A DNA stretch of 64,000 nt from Verrucomicrobiia bacterium (GTDB lineage: Bacteria > Verrucomicrobiota > Verrucomicrobiia > Palsa-1439). A program made the translations under genes and the position numbers. Below are positions 39,366 to 49,959 of the stretch, piece after piece; position 1 is the stretch's first letter; the number at the start of each line of letters is the position of its first letter. Under the pieces are notes generated by a model, which saw only the letters and a program-made list of their open reading frames with translations, had not been told where the DNA came from and did not search any database. Where the stretch lies: the NCBI GenBank assembly GCA_035501175.1, contig DATJWQ010000054.1:70984-134983 (forward strand). Reading direction: 5' to 3'.

Positions 39366-41935
39366 AGCGCCTGGAGCAGGGTGCTAACCTTCTCACGCTG
39401 CTCGCGCAACTGCTGTTGCTTGTCGCGCTCGCGCTGCACGGCAACCGGCGCCGCCTTGCTCACGAAATTCTCATTGGCCAGTTTGGCGTTCGTGGCGGCG
39501 AGTTGCTTGTCGATGTCGGCCAGTTGTTTTGTGAGACGTTGACGCTCCGCGACGATATCGACCGCGCCGACCATGAACACAATTGCCTCCTGTGTAACCA
39601 GGCTGGGCGTCAAACCGGTTGGCACGTAATCGGGATCAATTGTCACGGTCTCCGCCGAGAGAATCTGCATTAAGAACGGAGTTTCCGTCTTGAAGAAGTC
39701 GACATAGCGCGTTGGTTTAATGGCGAACGAAACTTTCTTGCGGGGTTCGATGCCATTGTCGTTGCGTAGCTGACGACCCGCAGTTACAGCCGAGTACAAC
39801 GCTTGCACCTGTGGCATAACATCAGTGGCGGCTCCATCAGTCATCCCGAGTGTTGGCCATTCCGCGAATTGGATTGTGTCCGTGCTATACCCCATCCCGC
39901 GCCAGAGTTCTTCCGTGATAAAAGGTGCAAATGGATGGAGCAATTTTAGAATTGTGCGGAAGACATTGTCCAATACTTCAATATTCGGTGATGTCTTGCT
40001 GGCTTCGATATACCAGTCGCAGAAATTACCCCAAACGAAATCGTAGAGGTGCTTTGCCGCTTCGTTGAACTTGTATGCGTCGAGAGATGTATTGACGTTG
40101 TTTACGGCGACGCCAAGCGTGCCGAGAATGTTCAGGTCGTGCGCGTTGCGGGAACGCGCTGGCGGATTCGTCGCGCGCTGCATCTGGATGAATCGTGCCG
40201 CGTTCCACAGCTTGTTCATGAAATTGCGGCCGATCTCGCAACGTTTCTCGTCGAACAAAATGTCCTGTCCTTGTGGCGCGATAAGCATCAGGCCAAACCG
40301 CAGACCATCGGCGCCGTACTTGGCGATCAGATCGAGCGGGTCAGGAGAGTTGCCGAGCGATTTTGACATCTTTCGGCCTTGCGCATCGCGGATGATGCCG
40401 GTGTAGTAGACGTTCGCAAACGGCCGGGCGTCCATGTACTCGTACCCCGCCATGATCATCCGCGCGACCCAGAAGAAAATAATGTCGGGACCGGTGACAA
40501 GATCCGTGGTCGGATAGAATTTCTTCAACGTGTCCGTCTTCTCCGGCCAGCCCATCGTTGCAAACGGCCACAGCCAGGAACTGAACCATGTGTCGAGGAC
40601 GTCGGGGTCTTGCTGCCATCCCTCGCCCTTCGGAGATTCGAGTCCGCAATAGATCTCGTCACCACGGTACCAGACGGGGATCCGGTGACCCCACCAGAGC
40701 TGGCGTGAGATACACCAATCACGGATGTTACGCATCCAGTGGGCATACGTGTTTTCCCAGCGTTCGGGGTAGAACTTGATTTCACCTTTCTGGACCGCCT
40801 CAGTGGAGCGGGGGACTTGTGGGTATTTCAAGAACCACTGGTCGCTGAGATAGGGCTCAATGGGCACATTGGTCCGCTCGCTGTAGCCGACATTGTGCGT
40901 GTAATCTTCGACCTTCAGCAGCAGACCTTCTTCCTTCAGTTGCTCAACCACGGCTTCGCGACACTCGAACCGGTCCAGGTCTTCAAAATCCTCACCGGCC
41001 TCTTCCGTCATTTTGCCATCGGGCGCGATGACGATTGTGAACGGCAGCTTGTGTCGTACCGCCATCTCGTAATCCGCAACGTCATGAGCCGGGGTCACCT
41101 TGACGCACCCCGTCCCAAATTTGGGATCAACGGCTTCATCCGCGATAATCGGGATTTCCTTGTTCTGCAACGGCAGCAAAACCTTGCGGCCAACCAGATG
41201 CGTGTAGCGCGCGTCGGTCGGATTGACCGCCACCGCTTCATCGCCAAGCATCGTTTCCGGACGGGTGGTGGCGACCACGACAAAATCGTTCGAACCAACA
41301 AGTGGATACTTGAAATGCCACAGGTGCCCCTGCGTCTCGGTCATGATGACTTCTTCGTCCGAGAGTGCGGTGCGACCGGCGGGGTCCCAATTCACCATGC
41401 GTTTGCCGCGGACGATATAGCCCTTGTTGTAGAGGTCGACAAACACACGCAGCACACACTGCGAGTACGCCTCATCCATCGTGAATCGCTCACGCGTCCA
41501 ATCACACGAGCAGCCGAGCTTCTTGAGCTGCTGAATGATGATGCCGCCGTGCTTCTCCTTCCATTCCCAGGTTTTTTCAATAAACTTCTCGCGACCGAGA
41601 TCTTCACGGTGTTTCATCACGCCCTGTTTTCGGAGCGTCTTTTCGACAACCGTCTGTGTCGCGATCCCGGCGTGGTCGGTGCCCGGCAACCACAGCACTT
41701 CATGGCCCTGCATGCGCTTGCGGCGGGCGAGAATGTCCTGGAGCGTGTTGTTGAGCACATGGCCCATCGTCAGCATCCCGGTCACATTGGGTGGCGGAAT
41801 GACAATGGAATAGGCCGGTTTGGCGGACGACGGGCTCGCGGTAAAATAGTCCTTCGCCAGCCAGTCGGCGTACCACTTCTCCTCGACCTGCTTCGGCTCG
41901 TAGGCCTTCGGAATCTCTGTCGGTGCTGTGCTCAT
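39359..41935 (-). CDS. valS: valine--tRNA ligase
   Basis: HMGH and KMSKS motifs; C-terminal coiled coil; ATG 41935 (MSTAPTEIP...). Confidence 0.95.
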   Translation of the reverse strand: MSTAPTEIPKAYEPKQVEEKWYADWLAKDYFTASPSSAKPAYSIVIPPPNVTGMLTMGHVLNNTLQDILARRKRMQGHEVLWLPGTDHAGIATQTVVEKTLRKQGVMKHREDLGREKFIEKTWEWKEKHGGIIIQQLKKLGCSCDWTRERFTMDEAYSQCVLRVFVDLYNKGYIVRGKRMVNWDPAGRTALSDEEVIMTETQGHLWHFKYPLVGSNDFVVVATTRPETMLGDEAVAVNPTDARYTHLVGRKVLLPLQNKEIPIIADEAVDPKFGTGCVKVTPAHDVADYEMAVRHKLPFTIVIAPDGKMTEEAGEDFEDLDRFECREAVVEQLKEEGLLLKVEDYTHNVGYSERTNVPIEPYLSDQWFLKYPQVPRSTEAVQKGEIKFYPERWENTYAHWMRNIRDWCISRQLWWGHRIPVWYRGDEIYCGLESPKGEGWQQDPDVLDTWFSSWLWPFATMGWPEKTDTLKKFYPTTDLVTGPDIIFFWVARMIMAGYEYMDARPFANVYYTGIIRDAQGRKMSKSLGNSPDPLDLIAKYGADGLRFGLMLIAPQGQDILFDEKRCEIGRNFMNKLWNAARFIQMQRATNPPARSRNAHDLNILGTLGVAVNNVNTSLDAYKFNEAAKHLYDFVWGNFCDWYIEASKTSPNIEVLDNVFRTILKLLHPFAPFITEELWRGMGYSTDTIQFAEWPTLGMTDGAATDVMPQVQALYSAVTAGRQLRNDNGIEPRKKVSFAIKPTRYVDFFKTETPFLMQILSAETVTIDPDYVPTGLTPSLVTQEAIVFMVGAVDIVAERQRLTKQLADIDKQLAATNAKLANENFVSKAAPVAVQRERDKQQQLREQREKVSTLLQALQ

Positions 41936-42071
41936 GCGGCGGGAAACTATGGGAATACTTTGCTCTCTTGGCAAGCTCCGAAAACGCTCCGGATCGATTG
42001 CGAGTGACGAGGCATGCATCACGCGGCGATGCTTGCGCGTGTCGATGCGACCGTGTATTCTGCAACCAGTT

Positions 42072-42569
42072 ATGACCAACGAGGAACGGAAGTCCATTGT
42101 GGCACAATTGCTCGCCAAGGGGCAGACACTTTCGCAGATTCAGGATTACCTGCACAAAGAGAAGAGCGACGCGATCACCTACATGGAGCTGCGGCTGCTG
42201 CTGTCCGAAATGCCTGACGCGAAATTGCCCGAGAAGGAGGTGCGCAAGACCGTGTTGCCCACATCCGCCGTCTCAGCTCCTACCGCAGGGAGCACAGGCG
42301 CATCGAGAGACATTCCGTCAACTCCGTCGGCCAAGGAAGCGCCCGCTGGCGGACGGCTGTCGATCAGCGTCGATCAGATGCCGGCGCCCGGCTCGATGTT
42401 GAGCGGTTACGCGCGATTCTCGTCGGGCGCGAAGGGCCATTGGTTTCTCGATGAGATGGGCCGCCTCGGGATCGAGCCCGAGCTCGGCTCGGGTAAACCG
42501 ACCCAGACTGATATGCAGGAATTCAGCAACGAATTGCGTCGGCTGTTGCAGCAAACGGGCGGAATGTAG
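42072..42569 (+). CDS. hypothetical protein
   Basis: ATG 42072 (MTNEERKSIVAQLL); 165 aa; Ser/Ala/Pro-rich middle region. Confidence 0.5.
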   Translation: MTNEERKSIVAQLLAKGQTLSQIQDYLHKEKSDAITYMELRLLLSEMPDAKLPEKEVRKTVLPTSAVSAPTAGSTGASRDIPSTPSAKEAPAGGRLSISVDQMPAPGSMLSGYARFSSGAKGHWFLDEMGRLGIEPELGSGKPTQTDMQEFSNELRRLLQQTGGM

Positions 42570-42597
42570 ACCGCCGCATCCTTCGCGGACCAGAGCG

Positions 42598-43350
42598 ATG
42601 GCCAGCCGCGAAACCGCCGCCCATCAGAATCTTAAACACCTCGCCGCGGTCTGGGCCTCGCAGAATCAGTATTCCGCGATAGCCGCTGAAGTGCGATTGC
42701 CCAATTCAGCCTTCCGCGCTGACGTGGCAGCCTACCGCCGTGCGCGTCGTTCTCCGAACGGCGAATGTACCATCGGCGAGACGGCGGTCTTCGAATGCAA
42801 ACAGGCGCGCGCCGATTTTCTGAAGGACGCATACGTTGCCGAAGCGACGCGCCGACGGTTACTCGAACTTCAGCGGCGTCGGCAGACCCTCGAGCGGCTG
42901 TTGAAATTGCATCTGCCATCGCTGCGTCGGGGCGAATCGTTGTTTGCCGAATTCGACGCGATCGACCTGCGCGGCATGAAACACAACACCTATCGGCGCG
43001 TGCTGCGCGAGATCGATGTCGCGCAGCGTCGGCTCTTCGGCAAAACCAAATTCGACAGACTTGTGCGGTACCGCTGCGCCAACCTGAATTATCTGGTCGT
43101 GGAGCCGGGAATTCTGGAGTCACATGAGGTCCCCACGGGATGGGGCCTGCTCGTGAATCGGGATGGGCAATTGGTGTTGGAGACGAAGCCACTGTGGCTG
43201 GAGATCGCCGCGCGAGACCGTTTGTGCTTGTTGGAGCGGATCGCGTCGAACCGTTCGCTCTCACGTGCCGGGTGGCTCTTTGGTGACGGTGTCTCCGAGA
43301 CGCGCGACGCCCCCATGGATGACACGGGCGAACACTCCGCGCAGCCGTAG
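42598..43350 (+). CDS. PD-(D/E)xK nuclease-like protein, MmcB-like DNA repair family (tentative)
   Basis: motif GETAVFECKQARADFLKD resembles the E-x-K...DF core of MmcB/DUF-type PD-(D/E)xK proteins. Confidence 0.4.
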   Translation: MASRETAAHQNLKHLAAVWASQNQYSAIAAEVRLPNSAFRADVAAYRRARRSPNGECTIGETAVFECKQARADFLKDAYVAEATRRRLLELQRRRQTLERLLKLHLPSLRRGESLFAEFDAIDLRGMKHNTYRRVLREIDVAQRRLFGKTKFDRLVRYRCANLNYLVVEPGILESHEVPTGWGLLVNRDGQLVLETKPLWLEIAARDRLCLLERIASNRSLSRAGWLFGDGVSETRDAPMDDTGEHSAQP

Positions 43351-43830
43351 CGCGCAGCCCTCGGGCGTATCGGTGAGATCGCGCGCCGCTTTCCCGTAAC
43401 GTCGCTCGAATTTCGGACACGCCGTGTGCGCGTAGTCGGTGACTTCAATCACCGCTTCACCGAGATGCAAACGCGTGCCGGCGGGAAGATTGTCCTCATG
43501 CAGGTCCAGATCGACGATGAGGTTGTCGCCGGCAAGATTCATGCGCTTGTCATCGCCCGAAATGGCCTCCAAAAACCGCGCGTTCATCAGGGAGATTTGC
43601 GAGAGCAGATTGGGATTCGGTTTGAGATTCCAGCGGTCGCCTTCAACACCGCCAGCAGCGCTGAGGACGACTTCGGGTGGAGTCTGTCGTTGCTCGTTCG
43701 GCAACCGGAGGACGATAAGCCTGAGCAGTCCCTTGTCCCTTGGGCTGAAGCGGGTGAGATCCAGAAGAGCGCGGGCATCCACGGACGAGAAAGTCGCTCC
43801 GTCGCTCGGGGTGATCTCGCCGCCAACCAC
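43261..43830 (-). CDS. MOSC domain-containing protein
   Basis: MOSC beta-barrel with conserved Cys (VTDYAHTACPKFERRYG); start approximate (GTG about 43830) because upstream codons overlap the leuA end. Confidence 0.6.
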   Translation of the reverse strand: MVGGEITPSDGATFSSVDARALLDLTRFSPRDKGLLRLIVLRLPNEQRQTPPEVVLSAAGGVEGDRWNLKPNPNLLSQISLMNARFLEAISGDDKRMNLAGDNLIVDLDLHEDNLPAGTRLHLGEAVIEVTDYAHTACPKFERRYGKAARDLTDTPEGCALRLRGVFARVIHGGVARLGDTVTKEPPGT

Positions 43831-43840
43831 AGCAGCAACG

Positions 43841-45418
43841 TTACCTTCTCTTCTCGTCTTTGAAGAGCTTGTACTCAACCGAGTCCACCAACGCTTCCCA
43901 ACTCGCCTCGATGATGTTGTCGTGCACGCCGACGGTCCCCCACGTGTCCCGGCCGTCTGTGCTCTCGATGATGACACGTGTCTTGGCGGCCGTGCCGCTA
44001 CCGCCGTCGAGGATACGCACTTTGTAATCGATGAGTTTGACGCGGGCGATGGACGGATAGAAACCCGTCAGCGCCTCGCGCAAGGCGTTGTCCAGCGCGT
44101 TGACCGGGCCGTCGCCTTCCGCCACCGTGTGGTACGATTGTCCGCTGACCTCGAGTTTCACGCTGGCCTCAACGGTTTCATGGCCGTCGAAGCCGTGCTT
44201 GTCCATGATCACGCGATAGCCGTGCAACTTGAAGAACGGCTTGTGCTGCTTGAGCAGTTTTTGCACGAGCATATGAAAACTGGCGTCCGCCGCCTCGTAT
44301 TCGTAGCCGGCGTGCTCGAGCTGCTTGAGCTGGTTCAGAATCTCGCGTACCTCGGGCGTGTCCTTGCTCAGGTCCATGCCGAGTTCGTGCGCCTTCATCA
44401 AAATATTGCTGCGCCCGCTTAATTCGCTCACGAGCACGCGGCGATGATTGCCCACAATCTCGGGCTCGATGTGCTCGTAGCTGCGCGCCACCTTCTCAAT
44501 GGCGTTGACGTGGATGCCGCCCTTGTGCGCGAACGCGGTGGCGCCGACAAACGGCTGGCGGATATCGTGCCGCACGTTGGCGAGATCATCGACGAACATC
44601 GACAAATCGCGCAGCTTGCGGATGTTTTCATTTGTGATGCATTCGTAACCCATCTTCAGCACGAGACACGGTATCACGCTGGTCAGGTTGCAGTTGCCGG
44701 TGCGTTCGCCGTACCCGTTGATCGTCCCCTGCACGTGCACGGCGCCCGCTTCGATCGCCGCCAGCGCGTTGGCCACGCCGACACCAGAGTCGTTGTGGGT
44801 GTGGATCCCGATGGCGCATTTCATCTGCTTGACGATTTCGGCGGTTACACGCGCGATTTCGCCGGGCATCGTGCCGCCGTTGGTGTCGCAGAGCACGACG
44901 ATGTCGACGCCCGAATCCTGCGCCGCTTGAAGCGTCGCCAAAGCGTATTTCGGATCGTCCTTGTACCCGTCGAAGAAATGTTCCGCGTCGTACACGACTT
45001 CCTTGCCGTGCTTCTTGAAGTACCGCACTGACTCACCGATCATCGCCAGGTTTTCCTCGGGCGTCGTGCGGATCACTTCGGCCACGTGCAACGACCATGT
45101 CTTGCCGACCATCGTGACGACGGGAGTGTTGGCCTTTAGCAGCATATCGATCTGCGGGTCGTCTTTGCATTTCGTGTTCGCCCGCCGCGTGCTGCCAAAC
45201 GCCGCAATCTTCGCGTGCTTGAACTTCCGCGTCGCGGCCTCGGTGAAGAAATCCATGTCCTTGGGGTTCGAGCCGGGCCAGCCGCCCTCGATGTAGTCGA
45301 CTCCGAATGTGTCCAGCCGCTCGGCAATCCGAATCTTGTCCGCGCTCGAAAACGAGATGCCTTCGCCCTGCGCTCCGTCACGGAGCGTCGTGTCGTAGAT
45401 TTGGATTCGCCTGCTCAT
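43841..45418 (-). CDS. leuA: 2-isopropylmalate synthase / citramalate synthase family (LeuA-CimA type)
   Basis: ATG 45418; DRE-TIM barrel N-terminus (YDTTLRDGAQGEG), HxH metal site, LeuA-dimer C-terminal domain. Confidence 0.85.
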   Translation of the reverse strand: MSRRIQIYDTTLRDGAQGEGISFSSADKIRIAERLDTFGVDYIEGGWPGSNPKDMDFFTEAATRKFKHAKIAAFGSTRRANTKCKDDPQIDMLLKANTPVVTMVGKTWSLHVAEVIRTTPEENLAMIGESVRYFKKHGKEVVYDAEHFFDGYKDDPKYALATLQAAQDSGVDIVVLCDTNGGTMPGEIARVTAEIVKQMKCAIGIHTHNDSGVGVANALAAIEAGAVHVQGTINGYGERTGNCNLTSVIPCLVLKMGYECITNENIRKLRDLSMFVDDLANVRHDIRQPFVGATAFAHKGGIHVNAIEKVARSYEHIEPEIVGNHRRVLVSELSGRSNILMKAHELGMDLSKDTPEVREILNQLKQLEHAGYEYEAADASFHMLVQKLLKQHKPFFKLHGYRVIMDKHGFDGHETVEASVKLEVSGQSYHTVAEGDGPVNALDNALREALTGFYPSIARVKLIDYKVRILDGGSGTAAKTRVIIESTDGRDTWGTVGVHDNIIEASWEALVDSVEYKLFKDEKRR

Positions 45419-45581
45419 AGCCGGCCACAAGAGTAAAACCATCCTCCGCGCCCGTCAACTGCGCACTTGCCGCCGCGCGTGGTCCGATCCAACCACCAAG
45501 GGCGACGCTGTCTGTACCATTTGTCTTTACTTCACGGGAGTTCGGAGCGAGGCTTCGCCGCGTTCAACCGATGGGGTACGC

Positions 45582-46895
45582 ATGAAGCTCTGGTCCGCCG
45601 CATTCGTGGTGCTCACTGTTGCCATCGCAGGCATTTCCGCAATGGTCCTCGCGCCTCCGCCGTTTCCGGAGGTCGGTAATCTGCCCGTTCACCAAGAGAT
45701 GCCAAGCGTGATGACCATGAACGACGGCACGAGAGTCACCAACCGGGATCAATGGGCGCAGCGCCGCGAGGAGATGAAGGCGATTCTCGAGTATTACGAA
45801 CTCGGCCATGCGCCGCCGCCTCCGGGCAATGTCACGGGACGGGATATTCAGAGCCATCCCGTTCTGGACGGTGCGGCGGACTATCGACTGGTTCATCTGA
45901 AGTTTGGCCCCGACCAGCAACTGGGATTCGACGTGGCGATTTTTACGCCCGCCAGAGGCGGACCGTTTCCCACGATCATCAATCCGTCGTTCTTCATGAC
46001 GCCGGGTGTGAACGTCACCTCCAACTCCGCTCCCGAGCCGGCCAGCGCGACCACGAATCAAATCTCAACGGCGACGACAAATTCGTCGGCCCGCCAGCGG
46101 TTTAACTTCAATTTACCGGTCAAACCGGAAACGGCGGCGCGCGGGTTCACGAATTTACTCAGTCGCGGATACGCGATTGTGACGTACCGCTACACGCAAT
46201 GCGGCGAGGACAATGCCGGGTTCCGCACGAATTCGTTCTATCCGGCATACCCCGGTTACGATTGGGGGGTGCTGCGCGGGTGGGCGTGGGGATTATCGCG
46301 CGTGGTCGATTATGTGGAAACGCAGCCGTTTGCCGACAAGAGCAAATTGATTGCGCTGGGACATTCCCGGCTTGGCAAATTAACGATGGTGGCGACAGCG
46401 TTTGACGAGCGGATCGCCCTCGGCGCGCCCGCGGGATCGGCCGGTGCGGGCACCGGCGCGTACCGGTTTTGCGGGCCCGGTCGTGGCGGCCGGGAAGGGA
46501 TCGAGGATATGACGCGGAAGTTTCCGTACTATTTCGTGCCGCGACTCGCCGAGTTTACAGGGCAAATGGAAAAGCTGCCGTTTGACGCCTACTGGTTTGT
46601 CGCCCTGACCGCGCCGCGGCCGTGGATCTCCCTGGAGGGCACCGACGATAAGCTTTGCGTGCCGAACGCCGTCAAACAAACCGTCCTTGCGGCGCAGCCC
46701 GTGTACGCGTTTCTTGGAGTCAGCACGAATCGTGTGGTTGCCAACTACGAATCCCACCCGCACGGCTTGCCACCCGCCGATTGGAATGCGGCGCTCGATT
46801 TTGCCGACCAGCAATTGCGTGGAATCGATCATCATCGACAATTCAACAATTTTCCGCCCGAAATAGTCTCCACAAATTCCCCGGCACCACAATGA
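45582..46895 (+). CDS. secreted carbohydrate esterase family 15-like (glucuronoyl esterase-like) protein
   Basis: signal peptide; GHSRLG nucleophile motif matching the CE15 G-C-S-R-x-G consensus. Confidence 0.5.
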   Translation: MKLWSAAFVVLTVAIAGISAMVLAPPPFPEVGNLPVHQEMPSVMTMNDGTRVTNRDQWAQRREEMKAILEYYELGHAPPPPGNVTGRDIQSHPVLDGAADYRLVHLKFGPDQQLGFDVAIFTPARGGPFPTIINPSFFMTPGVNVTSNSAPEPASATTNQISTATTNSSARQRFNFNLPVKPETAARGFTNLLSRGYAIVTYRYTQCGEDNAGFRTNSFYPAYPGYDWGVLRGWAWGLSRVVDYVETQPFADKSKLIALGHSRLGKLTMVATAFDERIALGAPAGSAGAGTGAYRFCGPGRGGREGIEDMTRKFPYYFVPRLAEFTGQMEKLPFDAYWFVALTAPRPWISLEGTDDKLCVPNAVKQTVLAAQPVYAFLGVSTNRVVANYESHPHGLPPADWNAALDFADQQLRGIDHHRQFNNFPPEIVSTNSPAPQ

Positions 46896-48154
46896 ATTCA
46901 GCATTCTCCAGCAGGAACATTTTCGCAGCCATCGCAGCTGGCTTGCTGCTCGCGCAAACATCCGGTGTTGGCGGGACGAGCCCCGTAGTCAACGTTCGCG
47001 ACTTCGGCGCGACCGGCGACGGCACGAACAAGGATACGCTCGCGTTTCAGAGGGCGCTCGACACCTGCGCCGTCAACGGCGGCGGCGATGTCGTGGTCCC
47101 TGCGGGCAACTATCTCATCGGCAGCGTGCAGATGGGCACGCATACCGTCCTGCGGCTTGAAAAGGACAGCGTCATCATGGGGAGCGGTGACACGAACGAT
47201 TATCCGATGCTGGATGTACGCTGGGAGGGTCGGTGGCAACCGGGGCGTCGCGCCCTCATTTATGCCGCGAATGTCGATCACATTGGCATCATCGGCCGGG
47301 GGCGAATCGAAGGGAATGCCGCTGTGGCCGCACCGCAAAACCCGCGTGGCGTGGTGATCCTCGAACCCATTTCCTGCAACGGGGTGACCTGGCGGGACGT
47401 TTTTGTCAAGCAGGCTGGCAACTGGGCGACGCATCCGACGTACTGCACCGACGTCGTCATCAGTAACGTAACCATTCGTTCCGATCGCGACGGGATTGAC
47501 GTCGATTCGTGCAAGAATGTTCGCATTGAGGACTGCGACATCAACACGGGTGACGATTCGATCAGCCTCAAATCCGGGCGGGGCATGGACGGCGCGCGCC
47601 TCGGCAGGCCCACCGACGGCGTGGTGATCACCAATTGCACGTTGGTTGGCCGGCGCTTCGCCTGTGTTGGTATCGGCAGTGAGACATCAGGCGGCATCCG
47701 CGATGTGCGGGTCACGAACTGCAAACTGACCAGCCGCACCTTCGGCATTTACATCAAGACGCGGATTGGGCGCGCGGGGGTGATCGAAGACATCTCGGGC
47801 GATGACCTTGATGTGCTGGGCGGCGGCTTTCTTCGCGTCAACCTGACCACCGCAGGCAACGTGAACACGGCGGATGATCCCGTCGAGGGACTAATCGGCT
47901 ATCCGCTGGGCCGAAACTTTCGCTTTTCCAATGTTCGCCTCAACAACGCGACAGTGCTCGCCGAGGCAACGAAGATCTCGCCGGAAAGACCGCTGGAAGG
48001 CTTGTCATTGTCGAACATCACCGGCACCTGCAAAATAGGCATTTCCCTCGCCAACGTGACCCGGGCGAAGCTTCGGGATATCAACGTCACCGGTTTCACG
48101 GGCTCCTTGTTGACGCAGACGAACTCGCAAGTCATCGGATTAAGCGCCAAATAG
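46892..48154 (+). CDS. glycoside hydrolase family 28-like (polygalacturonase/pectate-lyase-fold beta-helix) secreted protein
   Basis: ATG 46892 overlaps the upstream stop; signal peptide; NVRDFGATGDGTNKDTLAFQRALDTC pectate-lyase-superfamily N-terminus. Confidence 0.7.
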   Translation: MNSAFSSRNIFAAIAAGLLLAQTSGVGGTSPVVNVRDFGATGDGTNKDTLAFQRALDTCAVNGGGDVVVPAGNYLIGSVQMGTHTVLRLEKDSVIMGSGDTNDYPMLDVRWEGRWQPGRRALIYAANVDHIGIIGRGRIEGNAAVAAPQNPRGVVILEPISCNGVTWRDVFVKQAGNWATHPTYCTDVVISNVTIRSDRDGIDVDSCKNVRIEDCDINTGDDSISLKSGRGMDGARLGRPTDGVVITNCTLVGRRFACVGIGSETSGGIRDVRVTNCKLTSRTFGIYIKTRIGRAGVIEDISGDDLDVLGGGFLRVNLTTAGNVNTADDPVEGLIGYPLGRNFRFSNVRLNNATVLAEATKISPERPLEGLSLSNITGTCKIGISLANVTRAKLRDINVTGFTGSLLTQTNSQVIGLSAK

Positions 48155-48301
48155 TCGCGCCGAGAGAGGCTGGACCGTGCATGGCGTGCGGGTGTCTTTT
48201 CCCTTGCGTTTGGTAGCGATTTCCCCTACAAACACGGGCTTTTCGGGCCGGGGAGCCCGAAAGTAACAACCACATTCTTCGTAACAAGGAGAGTCGCACT
48301 C

Positions 48302-48958
48302 ATGATCAGTCGTTCGTCCAAATCGAAAAACAGAATCCGCAAGGCCTCGAAGGCGCCAGCCGCTGCACGCGTGGCCTCGCAATTGCAGCAGTTGCACAGT
48401 GAGGATTGGACCGCCCGATCCGCCGCGGCCGTCGAGCTCGGGAAGCTCGGTGACCGTCAGGCGACCAAGTCGCTGTCGGCGGTGTTGCGCGATCCAGCCG
48501 CCGAAGTCGCCCGCGAGGCGGCGAGTGCGCTGGGGGCATTGGGCGATGGTTCAGCCATTGAATCTCTGTCGGCGGTGGTCGTGAATGCCGATGGGTATTT
48601 TGACAGCTCGGTGCGCATCGCGGCGGCCGAGGCGCTCGGAAAACTCCAGGATCGAAGAGCCGTGCCTGCTCTGATCGCAAGCGTGCGCGATCCGATTGCC
48701 GAAGTCAGTCAGGCGGCGATTTGCGCGCTGGGATCTCTCGGGGATGAACGCGCTGTCGAATCGCTGGTGGCTGTGGTGCACAACAAGGACAATTACTACC
48801 TGCCGTCCGTGCGCGAGACCGCGGTGGAAACGCTGGGCCGACTCGCCGTTCCGTCCGCTCGGGAATCGCTGCGGCGCATCGTCGCGGATTCCTATTTGGA
48901 CGCTTCCGTTCGCTCGGCGGCCAGCACGGTCCTGACCGTTGCCAATAGCGTGAACTAA
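48302..48958 (+). CDS. HEAT-repeat (PBS lyase-like) protein
   Basis: five or more tandem HEAT units (R/V)RxAAAEALGxLGD; RBS AAGGAGAG. Confidence 0.75.
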   Translation: MISRSSKSKNRIRKASKAPAAARVASQLQQLHSEDWTARSAAAVELGKLGDRQATKSLSAVLRDPAAEVAREAASALGALGDGSAIESLSAVVVNADGYFDSSVRIAAAEALGKLQDRRAVPALIASVRDPIAEVSQAAICALGSLGDERAVESLVAVVHNKDNYYLPSVRETAVETLGRLAVPSARESLRRIVADSYLDASVRSAASTVLTVANSVN

Positions 48959-49020
48959 GTTCGTGTCCGCGTGGGGATGGCGAGTGTTCCGCCGCTCCCA
49001 TCCCCGCGGGACAATCTCGC

Positions 49021-49878
49021 TTACATCCCGGCAATCTTCGCTGTTCGCCGCACCACGTCGAACGCGCTGTCCTGGGCGATAATATGACCCGATAGCATTT
49101 TCTTGCTGCGCGCGATGACCTGTCGCCCCGCTTCGGTCCTATCCATGTTCACCAGTGTATCCCGAATTCTCGTCCCAAGCGCCTGATCCAGTCCGACTCG
49201 TACGGCGATCGCATCGTGCGGGATTGGGTCGGTGCTGGCAATCACGACAATATTCTCGGATGGCAATCCGTTGGCTTTGGCAATGCGAAGCGCATTGTCG
49301 TAGGTGGCACCCGCGTCAACGCGCCCGTCCAGAACATCGGCGATCACTTTCTCGTGATCGCCGGAAAAGATCGTTTCCTTGAAAAAGGAGTCCGGATTGA
49401 TGCCTTTCTCGACGAGCATCGCACGCGGGTAGACATACCCGGACGCCGATTTCAGATCGACAAAGGCAAACCGCTTCCCGCGCAGGTCATCCAATGATTT
49501 CAGCCCGCTATCCTTGCGCGCCACGATGATTCCGCGATAGGTGGCGGAGCCGTCGATGACTGATTGGGCGATGATGCGAATCTTCCCGCCGCGTTCCGCG
49601 TCAACGTAAGCGAAGGGTGAGAAACTCCCGATGTCGACGTTGCCGGCCTCCATCTGCGTGCGCAGGTCGCCGTAGTTCTTCGCCACATACAGTACGACTT
49701 TCTGGCCGATGGCATCGGAGAGATAGGCAGCGAGTGGTTCAAACTCGGTTCGCTCATCGGTTTGACCCAGCACCGGGGTAAACCCAAACACAATGTCTCG
49801 TGCGGGCGCCGGTGCCGCGGCCAGCCCGAGCAGCAGAATCGGCAGGATACGCCAGGCGATTTGAAAGCGGCGGCTCAT
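49021..49878 (-). CDS. PhnD/SsuA-like periplasmic substrate-binding protein (phosphonate ABC type), orphan
   Basis: signal peptide; PhnD-like fold; no permease or ATPase genes adjacent. Confidence 0.7.
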   Translation of the reverse strand: MSRRFQIAWRILPILLLGLAAAPAPARDIVFGFTPVLGQTDERTEFEPLAAYLSDAIGQKVVLYVAKNYGDLRTQMEAGNVDIGSFSPFAYVDAERGGKIRIIAQSVIDGSATYRGIIVARKDSGLKSLDDLRGKRFAFVDLKSASGYVYPRAMLVEKGINPDSFFKETIFSGDHEKVIADVLDGRVDAGATYDNALRIAKANGLPSENIVVIASTDPIPHDAIAVRVGLDQALGTRIRDTLVNMDRTEAGRQVIARSKKMLSGHIIAQDSAFDVVRRTAKIAGM

Positions 49879-49959
49879 TGTCGGAACGTCGCCCATCCTA
49901 GGCAACCCGCGAAGTCGTGTCAACTACCGCGCGGCCGCCGCTGTCAGATGAAGATGCGA

